Origin: Alkalispirochaeta sp.
Lineage (GTDB): Bacteria; Spirochaetota; Spirochaetia; DSM-27196; Alkalispirochaetaceae
Assembly (NCBI GenBank): GCA_965601925.1
Contig: OZ271854.1
Location: forward strand, 2,048,001 to 2,112,000
Reading direction: 5' to 3'
Length of the DNA: 64,000 bases
Part shown: positions 48,761-59,323 of the stretch, in pieces
Layout: each line of letters begins with the position of its first letter
How positions within the stretch are numbered: the stretch's first letter is position 1
The notes under the pieces: generated by a model
What the model was told of the DNA's origin: nothing
Seen by the model: only the letters and a program-made list of their open reading frames with translations
Databases searched by the model: none
Position numbers and translations under genes: made by a program

Positions 48761-50205
48761 TCCCGAACCGCCTGCCGAACGCGGTGGAGGAACTCCTCGG
48801 GTGTAAGTCCGACGCGACATATCCCGCCGTAGACCGCCTTGAGAACCGCCGAATCACCCAACGATTTTTCCACGACGTCGCGCGCCTCCTTCTCGTCGCG
48901 TTCCGGGAGGAGGACCGCCAACTCGTCGGGCGTCAGCCACGAGAGGCGAAACACCCGCCCGCATTGCTCGGATAGGCGTCGCTCCAGTGCGTGTCTGAGC
49001 GGCTCGGTCCGATTGGTCTGTAGGTGGACGAGGGCGATGGAGAGCGGTCGGGCGAACTCGGCGGAGCGCTGAATTTCGTACTCGACGCGACGGATGAAGT
49101 CTCTCCGATTGAGGCGTGGCTCAGTCGCCGTTCCCTCGCTCGTATGCTCGCCCTTAAGCGACTGCACCAACAGCGTTGCTCGCGTGATATCGGTAATAGT
49201 GAGCGCTCGCCCGCGCATGCTTCCGGCGGTGTCGTTGATGGTAGTCGGACTCACCAAGTAGTACGACGGTTCGCCCTCGCGCTCGACGGCGAACGCGGCC
49301 TCGGACTCCTGTACGCCGTCGGCAAGCAGTACGAGGGGCACGTGCTCGGCCACCAGTTCCCGAAACGAGCGCCCCAGCACGTCGCGGCCGTCGGTCGAAC
49401 GAAGCTCGGGGAACAGCTCCGCCGCCGTCGGATTGATGTCGACGATGCTGCCGCGTACGTCCAATACGACGACGCCTTCCTGGAGCGTTTCGAACACTTG
49501 TGAGCGTCCGATGGGAGAGATGTCGAGGAGGTGCTCGCGGCGAAACACGAACAGGTACACGGACAACGTCACCATGAGGAAGAGCGACGTCGGGTTGAAG
49601 TTAACGAACGGGGGGACCTGCAGAACGTACAAGGCGCTCGCGATCCACGGAAACATCATGCCCGTGATCAACAAGATGTAGCCGCTGCGAAAACCGCGGT
49701 GCGCCTCGCTCATGCTCTCGATGATTACCACTACGCCTGCCAGGTACACCACGTACTGGTACGGCACGAACAGTATATTGTGGAACCACCGGTAGTCCGC
49801 GTCGATGAGCGTCATTCCCATGGATCGATAGAGCGTCGGTTGGCCGCGAAACACGTCGTGGAAATCGGAGGTGAAGGCGAGGACTATCGCAACTACCGGA
49901 ACGACGGTATGGAGTGCGAGGCGTACGCGGCCCATCTTCGGACGCCCTACCATGCGACGGCTGGATTCCAACCACGCCGCCGGGAGCACTCCGATACCGA
50001 TGAACTGAATATTGGCCCACATGAGTTTGGCACCGAGCGACGCGACGGAGATCTCCGCAGCATATCCTACCGTCCAGACCATCACTGCGCCTGCCGTTAT
50101 GAGAAGCGGTCGCGCCGGCGAACGCGAACGGTGTTTGAGGAGGAAAGCCACAACCATCACGGCTATGACGGTGTTTGCCAACAGAACCGCCGCGGCGACG
50201 CTCAT
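48757..50205 (-). CDS. HisKA_7TM sensor + PAS + degenerate GGDEF protein
   Basis: 7TM N-terminus, EGVVVLD..IVDINP PAS, LNRR..RPLSIALV, LTPDEL in place of GGDEF. Confidence 0.75.
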   Translation of the reverse strand: MSVAAAVLLANTVIAVMVVAFLLKHRSRSPARPLLITAGAVMVWTVGYAAEISVASLGAKLMWANIQFIGIGVLPAAWLESSRRMVGRPKMGRVRLALHTVVPVVAIVLAFTSDFHDVFRGQPTLYRSMGMTLIDADYRWFHNILFVPYQYVVYLAGVVVIIESMSEAHRGFRSGYILLITGMMFPWIASALYVLQVPPFVNFNPTSLFLMVTLSVYLFVFRREHLLDISPIGRSQVFETLQEGVVVLDVRGSIVDINPTAAELFPELRSTDGRDVLGRSFRELVAEHVPLVLLADGVQESEAAFAVEREGEPSYYLVSPTTINDTAGSMRGRALTITDITRATLLVQSLKGEHTSEGTATEPRLNRRDFIRRVEYEIQRSAEFARPLSIALVHLQTNRTEPLRHALERRLSEQCGRVFRLSWLTPDELAVLLPERDEKEARDVVEKSLGDSAVLKAVYGGICRVGLTPEEFLHRVRQAVRD

Positions 50206-50235
50206 ACCGATCGTCCGGAAGAGAGGTAACGGCGC

Positions 50236-50805
50236 TTAGTTGCTGCGCGAGATGTACGCCGACGAGCCGGAGTCAAAGCGCGGAAATGAGGATATCTCCT
50301 CAGGTGAGTAGAGTTCCGAGAGGGGTTGCGGGTCCGGTCGGTAGTCACGGGATATTCCGGGAGCAAGTTCCCTACGCCATGCATATTTTTCATGATGGTC
50401 CTCGTATTGGATACGCTTGCGCACCGTAAGTTCCGGCCGCCCGTTCTCACCTTTTTGTACGCTGACGATACCGAACGCGCCGCGTCCGAGATATGCAAAC
50501 CGCTCATCGTCGGACAGGGTCTCGTCGCGACACAACGTCTCGATGACTTTGTCGAAGCGAGTCGGTTTCCCGGTGCGCGGGTCGGCGATCGCCGTCAAAA
50601 TGCTCTCGATCTCCTCACCCGAGATGGGACATGCGTCGTACTCGCGCACCGGAATCGGCGACGGCATGAAGTGTTTCTCCGGGTCAAATGGCGCACGTTT
50701 TTTCTTCTTACGACCGCGTCCCTGTCCTTGCGGTTCCCGTGGTTGGCCGTTTCCCCCGTTGCCGGGACGTCTTCTCCCGCGCGAACGGTTGTTTCGCTTT
50801 CCCAT
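50236..50805 (-). CDS. Conserved hypothetical protein with basic N-terminus
   Basis: Arg/Lys-rich head, CPISGE, YLGRGAFG; coding-like. Confidence 0.65.
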   Translation of the reverse strand: MGKRNNRSRGRRRPGNGGNGQPREPQGQGRGRKKKKRAPFDPEKHFMPSPIPVREYDACPISGEEIESILTAIADPRTGKPTRFDKVIETLCRDETLSDDERFAYLGRGAFGIVSVQKGENGRPELTVRKRIQYEDHHEKYAWRRELAPGISRDYRPDPQPLSELYSPEEISSFPRFDSGSSAYISRSN

Positions 50806-50870
50806 ACGGTAAGTATATAACGGTGACCGGGCTTCTGTTCAATCCTGGCCGCACCGTGATATAAAGCACC

Positions 50871-53750
50871 ATGGACGATACGCTGTATGTATTGGATGGT
50901 TACAGCGTCATCTACCGCTCCTATTTCGCCTTCATCAGAAGCCCCTTGCGCAACCCTCGAGGTGAGAACTCATCGGCGGTATTTGGCTTTTTTCGGACGC
51001 TCTTCGCGCTATTCAACGAATATCACCCCAACTATTTCGCCGTTGCCATGGATCCGACGACGCCCACATTCCGGCATGAAAAGTACCCGGATTACAAGGC
51101 CAATCGCGACGCCACCCCCGATGACCTACACGCGCAGATTCCCGTCATCGAGTCGATTCTCGCCAAACTCGGCGTGCCGACGTTGCGAGTCGACCGCTAC
51201 GAGGCCGACGATCTCATGGCGACGTTGGCGGTGCGCTGCAGAGACGCGGGGCGGCGGTGTCGCGTTATCACCGGCGATAAGGATCTTCTGCAGCTCGTCG
51301 ACGGGCCGGTCTGCGTACTGCGCCCCGGCAAACACGGCGTCGACGAGATGGACCGAGACGCGGTGTTCCGCGACTGGGGTGTGTGGCCCGAGCAGATCCT
51401 CGATTACCTCTCTCTCATCGGCGACAGCTCGGATAACGTTCCCGGCGTAAAGGGAATCGGAGCGAAGACGGCGGCCAAGCTTCTGGAGCGATTCGGCTCG
51501 CTCGAATCGATTTACGATAACCTCGATGAGATTTCCAGCAAGAGCTGGCGCACAAAGCTGGAGGAGGGACGTGAGAGCGCACAACTGAGCCGCGAGCTGA
51601 TTACTCTTGCATATGACGCACCGCTTCCCGATGATCCCGAGACGCTGCGTGTGGCTGCGCCGAACGTCGAGGCGGCCGCCTCACTGTTCATCGATCAAGG
51701 GATGCGCTCGTTTGTCGAGGAGGCGGGACTGGATCCCGCGTCGTTCGGCGCTCCTGACGGGGGAATGCCGTTGCCGACGACCGATACACCGACCGACGAC
51801 GCGGATGTCTCCGCCAACGACGAGGATGTCACCGCCGTTCATCCCGGCATGCCTCCCGGGGAAATGGCCCGCGCGGTGTTGTCGGCCGCCGAGCGAGAAC
51901 GGTTCGCCGCCGGCGGCACGTACGAGTTGGTGGATACCGCGGAAGCGTTGGATCGCTGGGTCACCAAAGTGCGCGAGGCCCGCGTCTTTGCCTTCGACTC
52001 GGAGACCGACAACATCGATCCGATGGAGGCGCGGCCCGTCGGATTCTCACTCGCGACGGAGGTGGGGGAGGGGTGTTATATCGCCCTTGTGGGCCCCGAC
52101 GGACCAGTGTTGGATGATGAGGTGGTACGGGAGCGATTGCGAGCGATTCTTACCGATACGTCGCTCAAGATGGTCGGACAAAATCTGAAGTACGACTGGA
52201 AGGTGATCGCCCGTTGGGGAATCGAAATCGAAAATGTCGCCTTCGACACGATGCTCGCCGCGTGGCTCGTCGATACAACGGCCAACAGCTACAACATGGA
52301 TCGCCTCGCCGAGGACTATCTGGGGTATACGACGATTCACTTCGCCGATCTATTCGTGACCGAGGAGAATGGAGGGGCCGGAACGCGGAGTTCGTCGCGC
52401 AAGAGCGGCCCCGACGACCGATTTACCGACGTTCCCCTCGACAAGGCGACGCAGTACGCCGCCGAAGACGCAGACGTGACCCTTCGCCTCTACCGCGTGT
52501 TGGACCGCTTGATCGATCGGCGCGGCGTGAGAACGCTCTTTGAAGAGTTGGAGATGCCCTTGGTGCCGCTTTTGGCGCGCATCGAGCTCGAGGGAATCGG
52601 CCTCGATGTCTTTGCGCTCGAGGAGTACTCGCAACAGTTGGCGCTCCAGATCGAGGCCGTCCAGAAGGAGATTTTCGATCTCGTCGGGCATGAGTTCAAT
52701 ATCGGGAGCACCAAGCAACTTCAGGAGGTCCTCTTCACCGAGCGTAAGCTCCAACCGGTAAAGAAGACCAAAACGGGCTACAGCACCGACAACTCGGTCA
52801 TGCAGGAGCTATCCAGGGAGGACCCCGTCCCGGAGCGCGTTCTGCGATACCGTCTCCTCACCAAACTGCGAAGCACATACGTCGATGCACTGCCGAGGTT
52901 GGTGAACCGTCGTACGGGACGTATTCACACGAGCCTCAACCAGACGGGAACCGCCACCGGTCGCATATCGAGTACCGACCCCAACCTGCAAAACATCCCG
53001 ATCAAAGACGAGGAGGGGCGGCGTATACGCTCGGCCTTCGTGCCGCGAGACGGGCGGATATTCGTGAGCGCCGACTACGCGCAGATCGAGTTGGTCATTC
53101 TGGCGCACCTGTCCGGCGATCCGGCGTTGAGCGAGGCGTTCGTAGAGGGCGAGGACGTGCATCGTCGCACGGCGAGTTTGATTTTCGGCATGGATCCGGC
53201 GGAGGTGTCGAGCGAACAGCGCCGAATCGCCAAGACGATCAATTTCGGCGTCATGTACGGCATGAGCGCCTTTCGGCTATCTAACGAGCTCGGCATCCCG
53301 CGCAAAGACGCCGACGCGTTCATTACCGCCTACTTCGGTACCTATAGCGGTATACGCCGTTTCATCGACGATACGGTGGCGGCGGCGGAGAAAAACGGCG
53401 AGGTACGCACACTGCTCGGCCGACCGCGTCCCCTGCGCGACATCACCAATCGCAACCGCACCATCAAAGCCGCCTCGGAGCGGATCGCGGTCAACACGCC
53501 GATACAGGGCAGCGGCGCGGACATCGTAAAGCGGGCGATGCTTGCCATCGACAAACGCATCCGCGACGAGGGGCTCGCGGCGCGGCTCGTCCTCCAGGTC
53601 CACGACGAGCTCATCCTCGAATGCCCCCGATCCGAAATCGACCGCGTGCAGGCGCTTCTCATGGAGGAGATGCCCACGGCCGTTCCGCTTTCGGTGCCGC
53701 TGCGCGTCAGCGTCGAGACCGGCGAGCGGTGGGGAGATATGCACGCGTGA
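50871..53750 (+). CDS. polA: DNA polymerase I
   Basis: 5'-exo (DG.S..YR, YKANR, EADD, GDSSDNVPGVKGIG), 3'-exo (FDSET, YAAED), TATGRISS, DYAQIEL, KTINFG, QVHDE. Confidence 0.98.
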   Translation: MDDTLYVLDGYSVIYRSYFAFIRSPLRNPRGENSSAVFGFFRTLFALFNEYHPNYFAVAMDPTTPTFRHEKYPDYKANRDATPDDLHAQIPVIESILAKLGVPTLRVDRYEADDLMATLAVRCRDAGRRCRVITGDKDLLQLVDGPVCVLRPGKHGVDEMDRDAVFRDWGVWPEQILDYLSLIGDSSDNVPGVKGIGAKTAAKLLERFGSLESIYDNLDEISSKSWRTKLEEGRESAQLSRELITLAYDAPLPDDPETLRVAAPNVEAAASLFIDQGMRSFVEEAGLDPASFGAPDGGMPLPTTDTPTDDADVSANDEDVTAVHPGMPPGEMARAVLSAAERERFAAGGTYELVDTAEALDRWVTKVREARVFAFDSETDNIDPMEARPVGFSLATEVGEGCYIALVGPDGPVLDDEVVRERLRAILTDTSLKMVGQNLKYDWKVIARWGIEIENVAFDTMLAAWLVDTTANSYNMDRLAEDYLGYTTIHFADLFVTEENGGAGTRSSSRKSGPDDRFTDVPLDKATQYAAEDADVTLRLYRVLDRLIDRRGVRTLFEELEMPLVPLLARIELEGIGLDVFALEEYSQQLALQIEAVQKEIFDLVGHEFNIGSTKQLQEVLFTERKLQPVKKTKTGYSTDNSVMQELSREDPVPERVLRYRLLTKLRSTYVDALPRLVNRRTGRIHTSLNQTGTATGRISSTDPNLQNIPIKDEEGRRIRSAFVPRDGRIFVSADYAQIELVILAHLSGDPALSEAFVEGEDVHRRTASLIFGMDPAEVSSEQRRIAKTINFGVMYGMSAFRLSNELGIPRKDADAFITAYFGTYSGIRRFIDDTVAAAEKNGEVRTLLGRPRPLRDITNRNRTIKAASERIAVNTPIQGSGADIVKRAMLAIDKRIRDEGLAARLVLQVHDELILECPRSEIDRVQALLMEEMPTAVPLSVPLRVSVETGERWGDMHA

Positions 53751-54367
53751 GCGACCCTCGACCCATCGTGATAGGGGTCGCGGGTAAGTATTGCTCCGGT
53801 AAGGACGCGGTCACGCAGTGGCTTCTCGCGCGATCGTGGCGGGAGATCAACGTAGATCGAGTCGGTCATGAAGCGCTCGCGACGCTCCACAATCGAATCG
53901 TCGCCGCCTTCGGACGAACCATCGTAGACGCTCACGGAAAGATCGACCGCTCGACGCTTGCGCACATCGTCTTTTCCGACCGCGCCCAGAGGTTGCGCTT
54001 GGAGGAGATCGTGCACCCCTGGATGCGCCGGCGCGTTCGCGAGGAGATCGACATCTTTCGCGACGACGCGGCACGAGGCGATGAAGCGGCGCGGGGACTG
54101 GTCATCAATGCGGCGCTCCTCTTCTACATGGGGCTGGACGCCGCGTGCGACGCCGTCGTGTTGGTGCGCGCTCCCGTCTGGGTTCGTCTGCGTCGAGCCC
54201 GGAGGCGGGATCGCTCATCGGTATGGCGGACGCTGCCTCGACTGTGGGCTCAGCGTCAACTCGACACTCAAGCGTTGCGATCTACGGCCGACACTATAAT
54301 TGTGGAGAACGGTGGTTCGCTCGAGTCCTTACATGCGCAACTAGCCGAGTTACCGCACCTGCAGTAG
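53747..54367 (+). CDS. coaE: Dephospho-CoA kinase
   Basis: IGVAGKYCSGK, IDRSTLA.IVF, LEEIVHP; GTG overlaps the polA stop. Confidence 0.9.
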   Translation: MSDPRPIVIGVAGKYCSGKDAVTQWLLARSWREINVDRVGHEALATLHNRIVAAFGRTIVDAHGKIDRSTLAHIVFSDRAQRLRLEEIVHPWMRRRVREEIDIFRDDAARGDEAARGLVINAALLFYMGLDAACDAVVLVRAPVWVRLRRARRRDRSSVWRTLPRLWAQRQLDTQALRSTADTIIVENGGSLESLHAQLAELPHLQ

Positions 54368-54392
54368 GGCGTACAGGAGAACGGATAGAGGT

Positions 54393-55127
54393 ATGGAACA
54401 GAATAAGGTTCTAATGGTTATCGTCTCGATGGCGATTTTCTTTGCAGCGATCGTTGGCGTCGGCATTGCCCTCCTGTATCCGCGGAGTGACACCGTCGCC
54501 GGCGAGACCGCGAGCGGGTCGGTGCGCGAGTTCGATCCGATTGAGTATGTCCGTCGTCCCGAAACGGCGCCGCTTGTCCCGACGGACGAGACCGACGAGC
54601 CCCAGATCATCGTCTACGGCACCGAACCTGAAGGCGTGGTTCTCGATGCTCCCGAATCGCTCGGCGTGCGCGTTCCCGACGTCTCGATAGAGCGCGACGA
54701 GGGCGGCGTAGTGTCCGATCCCGAAATTACGATCATAGAACGTCCCGCTCGCGAGAGCACTCGGCGAGAAACGGCCCCGGCGGCTTCGACCGATACCACC
54801 CGCGATATCGCCTCACCGCGCTCGACGCCGGAGCAGCCGTCCACGCCGCGTCCACGGCAGATACGAGTGACCGAGTATTGGATTCAACTCATCGCGTCGC
54901 CCAATCGCGACCGGGTGGAGCTGGCGCGAAGTACGCTGGCCGACCACAGCCTCGGCGGCCGGGTTACCACCCGGGACATCGACGGAGAGCTCTTCTACCG
55001 TTTGCGCGTCGGCCCCTACGCGAGCCAAGAAGAGGCAGAAAAGTTCCTCGAATGGATTACCGATATTGACGGTTTCGAAGAAGCGTACGTAAGCGAGGAA
55101 TATCCGTTGCGCTCGGTAAACAGTTAG
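54393..55127 (+). CDS. SPOR-domain membrane protein
   Basis: N-terminal TM; YWIQL, YRLRVGPY. Confidence 0.87.
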   Translation: MEQNKVLMVIVSMAIFFAAIVGVGIALLYPRSDTVAGETASGSVREFDPIEYVRRPETAPLVPTDETDEPQIIVYGTEPEGVVLDAPESLGVRVPDVSIERDEGGVVSDPEITIIERPARESTRRETAPAASTDTTRDIASPRSTPEQPSTPRPRQIRVTEYWIQLIASPNRDRVELARSTLADHSLGGRVTTRDIDGELFYRLRVGPYASQEEAEKFLEWITDIDGFEEAYVSEEYPLRSVNS

Positions 55128-55183
55128 TTAACTCAGCGCCTATCCCTGGGTAGTTGTCCGCCACGTGTGCTACAATCGGTAGC

Positions 55184-56887
55184 ATGTGGCGGCACATATT
55201 CACAAAAATCGGTCTCGTCGGTCTTGTCATTCTGGTTCTGGTCTCTTGTGAGGCGGTCAACGACCTACTCGGAACGGGAGATGACGACGATCAGGAGCTA
55301 CCGGCAAATCTTCAAGTCACCGACTGGTCTCAGTCGCGTTACAACGAGATAGCGCGCGTAACCGGCTCGCGGCGAATCTCGGTCCCCTCGAGCCATGCGG
55401 GCGATTATCTACTCTACGTGGTGACGAACTCGGGCTCTTCAAACGCTGTTGTATCGGTTCCGTATGCGTCGAACCCGGCGAGTATCACATCGTCGTCGAT
55501 ACTCGGAAGCGACGTAGCGCCTGAAAGTGAAGCCGGGCGAGCAATCGCGGGATTCCCGGGACAGTTTGACGAACTAATTCCTGTCGGGAGGCCTTCCTCC
55601 TCGATGGTTGGAGCGTCGAGTTTGACGGCTAACGCGGCGGTGGGTGATACCTATACGTTTGCCGCCGCCACCGGGAACAGAGAGGCCAGGCTGGAAGTGC
55701 AAAGAAGCGACGGAACGTGGAGCCTCAACGTATGGTTACACACAACCGATCCCTATACCGTTACTTCCGAGATGCTGAATGCGGTGGCGGATCGTTTTCT
55801 GATGACCGGCGCCGACAACGACATCTTTGACTGGGTAACACCGGTGTTCGGCGATCCGTGGGGAACCCATCAATACTCCGATATCATCGGGCAAGATCGA
55901 CGCGACATTCACATTCTACTCTACGACATAGATGGCGATGGTGTGCCCGGCCCCAATGAAGGACGAGTCGTCGGGTACTTTTGGTCTAAGGATAACTTCT
56001 TAGAGGGTACGACGTTTTCTGATCCCAATGTTCCGAGTAGCAATGGGCGTTTGATGTTTTACATGGACTCGGCGTTGCTTTCGGACGACAGCGATGGTGA
56101 TGGGCTATGGGAGCTTACGGATACCTGGCCGGAATCGATTGTTTCTACATTGGCTCACGAGTTTCAACATATGATACAGTTTTACCAGCGTGTCGTCATC
56201 GTGAGTCCCGACGCCGTATACAGCACTTGGCTGAACGAGTTGACGTCGGAGGTAGCGGAGGATCTCGTCTCGAGACGACTCGGTACTCGGGGGCCTCGCG
56301 GTGTCGATCCCGCCGACGGTACGGCAGGATCACCGAGTAACTCCGAGGGGCGTATGCCGTGGTATAACGCGTTCGGCGACCAAACGAGCCTTGTTTCGTG
56401 GAATGGTGATATTCAGGATTATGCGGCCTCATATGCCTTCGGCGCGTTCTTGTTACGAACCTTTGGTGCCGAGTTCTTTCACATTCTTCTTACGGAAACT
56501 CCTGCCGATTCCAGTGTAGTGGATTACAGCGTATCGTCCGTCACACGCGCCGCCTCGTCCTTAGCCGGCCAGACGATTAGCATGGAAGAGTTATTGCGGC
56601 GGTGGGGCGTGGCGATCGCGGTATCAGATGATACGAGCGTACCGCAGGGATATCGCCTCAATCGTAACGGGTTTATCACAACCTCCGGTGGTGGGGTCAG
56701 TTACTCCGTCGGTTCATTGAACGCGTATAACTACGGAGGTTTTTGGTACGGGTTCGGTACCGGGTCCGTTGAAATCGAGGACACTGCAAATGCTTTCTTC
56801 ATCGGCGGTATCGTCCCCCAAGGCGGTGTGAATCTCGATTTCTCGCTTCCGACGGGCGTCGAGATAACCGTTCTCACATGGGACTAA
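55184..56887 (+). CDS. Peptidase M30-like zinc metalloprotease lipoprotein
   Basis: LVSC lipobox, VVGYFWSKD, TLAHEFQHM, WLNE. Confidence 0.8.
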   Translation: MWRHIFTKIGLVGLVILVLVSCEAVNDLLGTGDDDDQELPANLQVTDWSQSRYNEIARVTGSRRISVPSSHAGDYLLYVVTNSGSSNAVVSVPYASNPASITSSSILGSDVAPESEAGRAIAGFPGQFDELIPVGRPSSSMVGASSLTANAAVGDTYTFAAATGNREARLEVQRSDGTWSLNVWLHTTDPYTVTSEMLNAVADRFLMTGADNDIFDWVTPVFGDPWGTHQYSDIIGQDRRDIHILLYDIDGDGVPGPNEGRVVGYFWSKDNFLEGTTFSDPNVPSSNGRLMFYMDSALLSDDSDGDGLWELTDTWPESIVSTLAHEFQHMIQFYQRVVIVSPDAVYSTWLNELTSEVAEDLVSRRLGTRGPRGVDPADGTAGSPSNSEGRMPWYNAFGDQTSLVSWNGDIQDYAASYAFGAFLLRTFGAEFFHILLTETPADSSVVDYSVSSVTRAASSLAGQTISMEELLRRWGVAIAVSDDTSVPQGYRLNRNGFITTSGGGVSYSVGSLNAYNYGGFWYGFGTGSVEIEDTANAFFIGGIVPQGGVNLDFSLPTGVEITVLTWD

Positions 56888-56890
56888 ACG

Positions 56891-57322
56891 ATGAGACACT
56901 TTCACCTATCGGCACTAGCGGTCGTTCTCGCCGTTGTCTTATCGGCGGGTAACGCGACGGCGCAAGGGCGCCGAGAGGCGGATGTGCCGGATGAACCCGA
57001 TCCGGCCGCCGTCGAGATGACGATTCGCGCAACCGACGGCGGCGATGTTGCCGAGGGTAGTTCCGTCGTGGTCGTCGGAGAGGTGACGCGCGTCGGTAAT
57101 GAGCCGTTCGTCACCACCGTCGTGCGCACCGCGGCGCCCGAGGATTTCGTCACCGGGAGCGATCCTCGCCCCGTCTGGGTGATCGAGCTCACCGGCGGCC
57201 TCGTTGAGGAGATCGAGCGATCCTACCAGGAGCGGATCGTCGTCCTCGAGGGCGTTCTGGAGGCGTTGCCGGCCGGCGTATCGTACGGCAGGTTGCGGGT
57301 TGATACCGTCACGCTCCCATAG
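56891..57322 (+). CDS. Exported hypothetical protein
   Basis: Signal peptide; VGNEPF motif. Confidence 0.6.
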   Translation: MRHFHLSALAVVLAVVLSAGNATAQGRREADVPDEPDPAAVEMTIRATDGGDVAEGSSVVVVGEVTRVGNEPFVTTVVRTAAPEDFVTGSDPRPVWVIELTGGLVEEIERSYQERIVVLEGVLEALPAGVSYGRLRVDTVTLP

Positions 57323-57399
57323 ACGAACCTTCGCCCGATTTCGCAATGTATCGGGCGGCCGACGTAGCGGTGCGGACGTGTGAGAGGCGCTGAGGCCGT

Positions 57400-58044
57400 A
57401 TGATCGGTCCACTCACGATCCTCCTCACCGGTGAATCGGGAGCCGGCAAAACGGTCACGGCGTCCCGTCTCGTTGCTGCGCGACCACGGAGTATCGTCGG
57501 CGTATTATCGGTCTCGGAATGGGAGGAGGGGGTGCGACGCGCCATCGTCGCGCATCTTTTACCCGACGGCGCGGCCGTCGCCCTCGCCCGTCTGGCCCGT
57601 CCGGTCGTATCCTCCCGAACCATCCCCCCACCACTCGACGATGGACTCGACGACGCGGGCCGGCCCGTGGTCCGATTGGGTCCGTGGAATTTTTCGGCCG
57701 ACGGGATCGAGCGGGTCAATCGCCATCTCCGTCGGCTCGCCGACGCGCAACGACCCGCAACTCCAATGCACGGAATCGTGATCGATGAGATCGGCCCCCT
57801 GGAACTTGTGCACGGCGGCGGCTTTTTGACCGGGTTGCATGCAGTCGTGAGCGCCCGGTTGCCGTCGATCATCGTGGTGCGCCCGTCCCTCGTGGAGTCG
57901 ATCCGCACCTTGCTCGCTGCGGCGGGAGGAGCCGATACCCCGCCCCGAGTCGCGGTGGCGGAGATCACCCATCCGACGGAGAGTCCTCGCGTTTGCGATG
58001 CTATTCTTGCTATGCTAGACGACTCGGACGCCGGCACTGTGTAG
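57400..58044 (+). CDS. NTPase (NTPase_1/DUF2478-like P-loop)
   Basis: GESGAGKT, IVIDEIGPLEL. Confidence 0.75.
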   Translation: MIGPLTILLTGESGAGKTVTASRLVAARPRSIVGVLSVSEWEEGVRRAIVAHLLPDGAAVALARLARPVVSSRTIPPPLDDGLDDAGRPVVRLGPWNFSADGIERVNRHLRRLADAQRPATPMHGIVIDEIGPLELVHGGGFLTGLHAVVSARLPSIIVVRPSLVESIRTLLAAAGGADTPPRVAVAEITHPTESPRVCDAILAMLDDSDAGTV

Positions 58045-58087
58045 CGACGGCGGCGTGAGATCGTCATTCTCCCGGAGGTACGACGCG

Positions 58088-59287
58088 ATGAACCGAGCTG
58101 CAGCGCTCGACGCTATTACGATCATCGATTTGACGCAGGCCCTTGCGGGCCCCTATTGTACGCAGCTGTTGGCGGATTTGGGAGCGCAGGTTATCAAGAT
58201 CGAACGACCCGGCTCCGGCGATCAGGCCCGCGGGTGGGGACCGCCGTTCGTCCACGGCGAGAGCAGCTACTTCATGGGTACCAATCGCAACAAGCGCAGC
58301 CTCACGCTCGATCTCCGGGAGGCGGAGGCGCGTGCGTGCCTTCACCGACTCGTTGAGCGTGCCGATATAGTGGTGCACAACGTTCCGCGGGAGGCGACGC
58401 GGAAGAAGCTCGGCATCGATTCGGCGACCATTCGGTCTATAAATCCGCGTATTATTTGGGCCGCCATAAGCGGTTTCGGTCTGACGGGGCCCGAGGCGGA
58501 ACGTCCGGGGTACGACGTGATCGCCCAGGCGATGTCCGGTACCATGGCGCTTACCGGTGAACCTGAGGATCCGCCGATACGCTTTCCGACACCCATGGCC
58601 GATATCACCGCCGGCATGTATACCGCGATGGGTATCCTCACCGCCCTGTACGAGCGTGAGACGAGCGGCGAAGGGCAGGATATCGACGTGGCGCTCTTCG
58701 ACTCGCAGAGCACATGGCTCAGCAATGTCGCGAGCGCATATCTCGCCACCGGCACCCCCCCGACAAAGCGCGGAAACGTACACCCCAACATCGCTCCCTA
58801 CCAACCCTTCCGAGCGGCCGACGGACGGTTCATACTCGCCGCCGGGACCGAATCGCACTGGAAAAAGGTGGTGGAGCTTCTGGGAGCGGAAGATTCGCTC
58901 GGCGCCGATGCCCGATTTGCCGTCAACAGCGAACGGGTGGCCAACCGTGCGGAGTTGCAAGCGGCCCTCGAGGCGTACTTCGTGCGTCGTCCGGTAGCGG
59001 AATGGATCGCGGCGTTCGGTGAGCGCGGCGTCCCGTGCGGACCGATTCTCACACCCGAGGCGGCTCTCGACCATCCCCATCTGGCTGCGCGCGAGATGGT
59101 GGTCGCGCTTGAACATCCGACCGCCGGGACCGTGCGCTCACTGGGAAATCCCATCAAAATGAGTCGCAGTCCGGTGCAGTTGCGATCGGCGGCACCGCTT
59201 TTGGGCGGCGATACCGACGCAATTCTCACCGAACTCGGTTATACCGTAGAGGAAATCGCCGAGCTGCGACGCCGTGGCGTCGTGTAG
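58088..59287 (+). CDS. CoA-transferase family III (CaiB/BaiF)
   Basis: LAGP, LADLGAQVIKIE, NRNKRS, PGYD, ADITAG, APLLG. Confidence 0.94.
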   Translation: MNRAAALDAITIIDLTQALAGPYCTQLLADLGAQVIKIERPGSGDQARGWGPPFVHGESSYFMGTNRNKRSLTLDLREAEARACLHRLVERADIVVHNVPREATRKKLGIDSATIRSINPRIIWAAISGFGLTGPEAERPGYDVIAQAMSGTMALTGEPEDPPIRFPTPMADITAGMYTAMGILTALYERETSGEGQDIDVALFDSQSTWLSNVASAYLATGTPPTKRGNVHPNIAPYQPFRAADGRFILAAGTESHWKKVVELLGAEDSLGADARFAVNSERVANRAELQAALEAYFVRRPVAEWIAAFGERGVPCGPILTPEAALDHPHLAAREMVVALEHPTAGTVRSLGNPIKMSRSPVQLRSAAPLLGGDTDAILTELGYTVEEIAELRRRGVV

Positions 59288-59323
59288 GTCCAGATATCGC
59301 GACGCTCCGGCGGCTCTTCGTCT

